Source: Lingula anatina
Lineage: Eukaryota > Animalia > Brachiopoda
Direction of reading: 5' to 3'
Assembly (NCBI GenBank): GCA_051362555.1
Contig: CM120643.1
Span: 17,736,848 to 17,800,847 of the forward strand
DNA: 64,000 nt
The position numbers and the translations under genes were made by a program. The notes beneath the pieces are model-generated. The model had not been told where the DNA came from. It saw only the letters and a program-made list of their open reading frames with translations, and made no database searches. This document shows positions 63,944 through 64,000 of this stretch, piece after piece (the first letter of the stretch is position 1; each line of letters opens with the position of its first letter).

Positions 63944-64000
63944 ACATGAATATAGGTCATGGGAATAGGGTCAAGTAAGACAAACTTAGAAAAAAAAACA

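Overview
AT-rich, CpG-depleted, intron-rich animal DNA. It looks invertebrate and the repeat style suggests a mollusc/lophotrochozoan, but the taxon is an inference. Two spliced genes lie tail-to-tail, both assembled by hand from GT-AG boundaries with consistent phases. (1) A GSE1 (genetic suppressor element 1, CoREST/BHC complex subunit) orthologue on +: 14 coding exons, 5831..58417, about 1251 aa, with a ~42-kb first intron; exon 1 is inferred from frame and splice signals only. (2) GINS2/Psf2 on -: 5 exons, 63894..60967, 185 aa. Most other ORFs in the track are spurious intronic ORFs. Non-coding DNA holds a ~1.59-kb-period composite repeat at the window start, four MITE-like families (one nested in another), a 33-bp palindromic micro-insertion with a 7-bp duplication, a gag-like relic, minisatellites and microsatellites. 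The best leads are the GSE1><GINS2 convergent arrangement (also found at human 16q24), an inverted repeat carrying one AATAAA for each gene about 50 bp apart, and a CpG-rich candidate alternative first exon at ~42 kb. I found no prokaryote-type system, CRISPR array, rRNA or intact tRNA, and nothing I can firmly call a new biological system.
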